Below the pieces are notes generated by a model, which did no database searches, was not told the DNA's origin, and saw only the letters and a program-made list of their open reading frames with translations. Below, piece by piece: positions 61,149 to 64,000 of a DNA stretch of 64,000 bases. The stretch is from an uncultured bacterium (GTDB taxonomy: Bacteria; Armatimonadota; Abditibacteriia; Abditibacteriales; Abditibacteriaceae). A program made the translations under genes and the position numbers. Location of the stretch: contig CAWJLW010000010.1 in the NCBI GenBank assembly GCA_963843795.1, forward strand, positions 124,001 to 188,000, in the 5' to 3' direction. Positions within the stretch are counted from its first letter, which is position 1, and every line of letters begins with the position of its first letter.

Positions 61149-62957
61149 TCATTTTTCGGCAGCCAGTTTCTTCACGCTTTCCAGCGTATCAATTTCTTCG
61201 ACCGGCTTATCGGGGCGCAGACGCACGATGCGCGGAAATCTCAGCGCATAGCCGCTTTTGTGGCGTGGCGAAAGTTGCACGCGGTCGAAAGTGACTTCGA
61301 GCACGATTTGCGGGTCGACGGTGCGCACTTTTCCGTGTGCGAATTCCTGCCGCGTGTGTTCGCGGAACCATTGCGAAAGCTCGGAAATTTCGGTGTCGGT
61401 GAGGCCGGAATAAGCTTTGCCGATATTCAACAGCGTCGCATCGGTTTCGCTGGTACGCACGGCGAACGTGTAATCGGATAATTCTTTGCTACGCCGACCC
61501 GAACCGACTTCAACGCTGGTGACGACGACATCCAAAGTCGCTAAGGCGCGCTTGATTTTCAGCCATTCTTTGCCGCGTCGTCCCGGCGAATATTGCGAAC
61601 GTAAATCCTTCACGATCAAACCTTCGTTGCCGCGTGCCCGCGCCGCGTCGAATTCCGCATCGAGCTGCGCGATGCCGTCGAACACTTTGGAAGTTGCCAA
61701 TCTCGCGCGTTTTTGGTCGAACGGCAGCGCAGCAAGTACTTGCCGCCGCTTTTCAAACGAGTTTTCCAGCAAAACTTCGCGTTTGGCATACAAGCAATCG
61801 TAAGCCATAAACGCGGCGGGCATTTCCTTTAACATTTGCGCGCTCACGGTTTTGCGGCCCAGACGTTTTTGCAAAGTTTGGAACGGTAAAATGCGCCCAT
61901 CGGCTTCGTCAATGGGCAAAATTTCGCCGTCTAAAATCAAACCTTCGCCCACTTTGCCACCGGCCAACAATTGTTTCAAAGGTTCGATTAAGTCGGGAAA
62001 TGCGGGCGTAATGTCGTCCAGCGTGCGCGAAAATAACGCTACGCGCACGCTTCCGTCCGATGCGATTTCGATGTGCGCCTGGCCGCGAATGCCATCGAAT
62101 TTATCTTCGACCGCGAACTTGTCGGGCATTTGCTTGTCCACATCAGCCAAACTTTCCGTTGGCGAGGCGAGCATCGATTTCAGCGGATGAAACAATTGCA
62201 TCTGCGCCGTCGCCAGCGCGCGCTGGCGCGCCAAAAGTGCGGTTTGTCCCAAATCGCCCAGCAGCATATTAGCGCGCTGCACTTCGCCGGTTTTCACGTC
62301 GAACTGACGCGCCAAGGCGTCTTCGACGCCACTTTCTTTGAAGCCGATGCGCAGATCGTTGGCAAGCATACGCACCAGATATTTGGCTTCAAGCGGATGC
62401 AGGCGTGCGAATTCCTGCGTCAACAATTGCTTTTTGGCACCGCTGCCCGCAGTGTCGGCGAGTTCGCCTAAAAATTGTTGAATATCGGCCAGCGTCCAAC
62501 GATTTTCACGCAGCGCGCTGGGCGTTTCCGACAATAATTCAAAGGCCACATCGCCGGGATCGCCCAATTTTACCAGCCGCGCTTTGAGCGTATTTTCCTC
62601 GACGTTGGCGGCTGAAGCCAGCGCGCTAAGGAGCATCGCGCTGCCAATGTTCACGGTGCGCGCATCGCGGCCGGGAAAGTTTTGACCTCCGAAAAAGCGC
62701 GTCGCCAGTTGCAAGTTGTCATCGGACAAGGTGGCGAAATAGGTTTGCGCGAGAATCGCTTTTTCCAGTCGCTTGGTAGTCGCGCCAATGGCTTGCGCGG
62801 TTTGCGCGAAATTCAAAAACGAGTCGGATTGGGTTTGTTCGGTTGGAGAATTTGACACGCGCGCCGGTTTTGCAAGTGGCGCGCCAGCCTTTTGAGCATT
62901 GGCGATGGGCTGAAAAGCCAGTGGCGCGAGCGCGGCAGCGAAAAGAAAGCGTTTCAT
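61149..62957 (-). CDS. ATP-dependent DNA ligase (LigB/archaeal type with DNA-binding domain) carrying an apparent signal peptide
   Basis: Motif I EDKFDGIR, III LILDGE, IIIa AYDCL, IV EGLIVK, V WLKIK and VI LRFPRIVRLRPDK. DNA-binding domain cues GDPGDVA, EAKYLVR and LRIG. N-terminus MKRFLFAAALAPLAFQPIANA|Q. Confidence 0.93.
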   Translation of the reverse strand: MKRFLFAAALAPLAFQPIANAQKAGAPLAKPARVSNSPTEQTQSDSFLNFAQTAQAIGATTKRLEKAILAQTYFATLSDDNLQLATRFFGGQNFPGRDARTVNIGSAMLLSALASAANVEENTLKARLVKLGDPGDVAFELLSETPSALRENRWTLADIQQFLGELADTAGSGAKKQLLTQEFARLHPLEAKYLVRMLANDLRIGFKESGVEDALARQFDVKTGEVQRANMLLGDLGQTALLARQRALATAQMQLFHPLKSMLASPTESLADVDKQMPDKFAVEDKFDGIRGQAHIEIASDGSVRVALFSRTLDDITPAFPDLIEPLKQLLAGGKVGEGLILDGEILPIDEADGRILPFQTLQKRLGRKTVSAQMLKEMPAAFMAYDCLYAKREVLLENSFEKRRQVLAALPFDQKRARLATSKVFDGIAQLDAEFDAARARGNEGLIVKDLRSQYSPGRRGKEWLKIKRALATLDVVVTSVEVGSGRRSKELSDYTFAVRTSETDATLLNIGKAYSGLTDTEISELSQWFREHTRQEFAHGKVRTVDPQIVLEVTFDRVQLSPRHKSGYALRFPRIVRLRPDKPVEEIDTLESVKKLAAEK

Positions 62958-63104
62958 GAAATTATCTTAACCGTTTTTTGCCGAAAATTTGTCGAAACGC
63001 GCCCTGCAAGTACTTGCAGCAAGTGTTTGTGTGCTTTGCCACATCGGTTATCTTACGTTTGCTGTATATGCGAGAACGGAATTTGCGCACGCTTCCATCA
63101 GTCA

Positions 63105-63143
63105 AAACAAAAGCCGCGACAAGAGTTGTCGCGGCCTTTGTTT
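63105..63143 (-). terminator. Intrinsic terminator of the prepilin-like gene
   Basis: aaacaaaagccgcgacaa-gag-ttgtcgcggcctttgttt, ending in GGCTTTTGTTTT on the minus strand. Confidence 0.7.
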
Positions 63144-63198
63144 CATGTTGCTCAGTCTCTATTGATTCAGGTGGCGGGAGCGCTTACGCCATCAAATT

Positions 63199-63957
63199 TT
63201 ATTCGTAGACAACGTTGCCGGGCACTGTGCATTCGACGCCGTTGCTGTCGTAGTCCAAGCCCCTGCAAGCGGCCCAGTTGCTGGTGGGCCCTTCGCCCTT
63301 GCGCGCCTTGACATGACCATCGGCAAACAGGTAGTTGGCGGTGTCCAAATGACGCCCGGGCGCCACGTTGCCGTTGGCCTGCGCCGGCCCTGCGCTTGTC
63401 CACACGCCCGTGCCCATGGTAGCGCCATTGGTGAGACGGCGACCATTGGTGTGAGGCGCATCTTTGAAGAACGCGATAGCTTCCAAGTTGGTCGCCGAAG
63501 GGTTGGCCGTGACCGCGCCCACACCGTCAATGAAAATCGGCGTGATAGCGGGCGTCTCAAAGGCGGCCAGAGCACGGCCCGAACTAGCGACGTTGGCATT
63601 CATGGTGTAGCCGACGGTCTTGTCGCTGGCGCTGGGACAGGCAAAAAGCTGGGTGCTTTTGATGTATGGCTGAAACGCCGTAGCCCAGTTATGCGAATAA
63701 CCGCCCGTACCGCCCGTGCTCGAATAAGGGACCACCAGTTCGTCGTAATCCTGCGTGTATTGCAGCCAACCCAGGCCGATCTGCTTCAGGTTGCTCTGGC
63801 AGGAAGACCGGCGCGCGTTTTCGCGTGCCCGCGCGAAAACCGGAAAGAGAATAGCAGCAAGGATCGCAATTATTGCGATGACCACGAGCAGCTCGATCAA
63901 GGTAAAGGCGCTCCGACGCCGTTTGCCGCCCGCGCGACCCATCAGCTCTTCCAACAT
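63199..63957 (-). CDS. Prepilin-type N-terminal cleavage/methylation protein, DUF1559 with H-X9-DG motif
   Basis: [49 protein letters not shown] and [22 protein letters not shown] site before ATG 63957. Confidence 0.93.
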   Translation of the reverse strand: MLEELMGRAGGKRRRSAFTLIELLVVIAIIAILAAILFPVFARARENARRSSCQSNLKQIGLGWLQYTQDYDELVVPYSSTGGTGGYSHNWATAFQPYIKSTQLFACPSASDKTVGYTMNANVASSGRALAAFETPAITPIFIDGVGAVTANPSATNLEAIAFFKDAPHTNGRRLTNGATMGTGVWTSAGPAQANGNVAPGRHLDTANYLFADGHVKARKGEGPTSNWAACRGLDYDSNGVECTVPGNVVYE

Positions 63958-64000
63958 ATTATCTCCTTGAAATTCTAACGTCCTTTGTTTATAGCCCAAA

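Larger units (their letters stand above)
2127..63017. repeat. Dispersed, highly iterated 12-bp palindrome GCAAGTACTTGC (often extended to TGCAAGTACTTGCA)
   Basis: Exact copies start at 2127, 3317, 4304, 6660, 7260, 8648, 9467, 11220, 11938, 12981, 15735, 16292, 17246, 17288, 18944, 21471, 23043, 24256, 24625, 29583, 31496, 40495, 40772, 42725, 46981, 49601, 51440, 51492, 52118, 53299, 53563, 54097, 54110, 56285, 56301, 58599, 58616, 61732 and 63006 (hand count). Near-matches occur at about 17045, 31549, 41501, 46661, 46811, 50604, 59548 and 61111. Confidence 0.97.

Noticed and set aside
2127..63017. Core palindrome as a CRISPR repeat or insertion-sequence end
   Set aside because: Copies are only 12-14 bp, irregularly dispersed and also in-frame inside genes. 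There are no regular spacers, cas genes, transposase or target-site duplications.
2127..63017. Core palindrome as an ordinary transcription-factor operator
   Set aside because: It is too frequent and too invariant, and it is enriched after stop codons, between convergent genes and within coding sequence rather than at promoters. A nucleoid-type binding protein is not excluded.
63199..63957. Prepilin-like gene as a ComP-type DNA receptor
   Set aside because: It is a typical DUF1559/H-X9-DG protein, a family present in many copies in such genomes. Nothing here indicates DNA binding.

Overview
A 64-kb window of bacterial chromosome with about 40 genes, mostly on the minus strand. The DUF1559 prepilin-like gene, GxGYxYP protein and style of the large secreted proteins suggest Abditibacteriota/Armatimonadota (inference only). 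No rRNA, tRNA, CRISPR array, transposase or prophage is visible. Genes cover carbohydrate and nucleotide-sugar metabolism (GH15, glucuronokinase-like GHMP kinase, galU, ugd, glgP, DUF2961/GH172, GH16, sulfatase), a FabF-like ketosynthase/methyltransferase/FAD-oxidoreductase trio, wzm/wzt, two degenerate M16 peptidases, acs, ruvA, an ECF sigma/anti-sigma unit, a tandem ThyX-like gene, duplicated APC transporters and three very large secreted proteins. The dominant signal is the 12-bp palindrome GCAAGTACTTGC. By hand count it has about 39 exact copies (about 1 per 1.6 kb; about 0.004 expected at uniform base composition), roughly 26 intergenic and 13 inside genes. Many intergenic copies sit exactly at the centre of site-specific, loop-less perfect palindromes of 24-66 bp just after stop codons. 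Other highlights are a full-length ATP-dependent DNA ligase with an apparent Sec signal peptide, a ~90-aa C-terminal domain shared by two unrelated secreted proteins, a VITAGGGN octapeptide-repeat tail, and a gene-conversion-like tract between the transporter paralogues. Three genes carry single-base frameshifts that may be sequencing errors.
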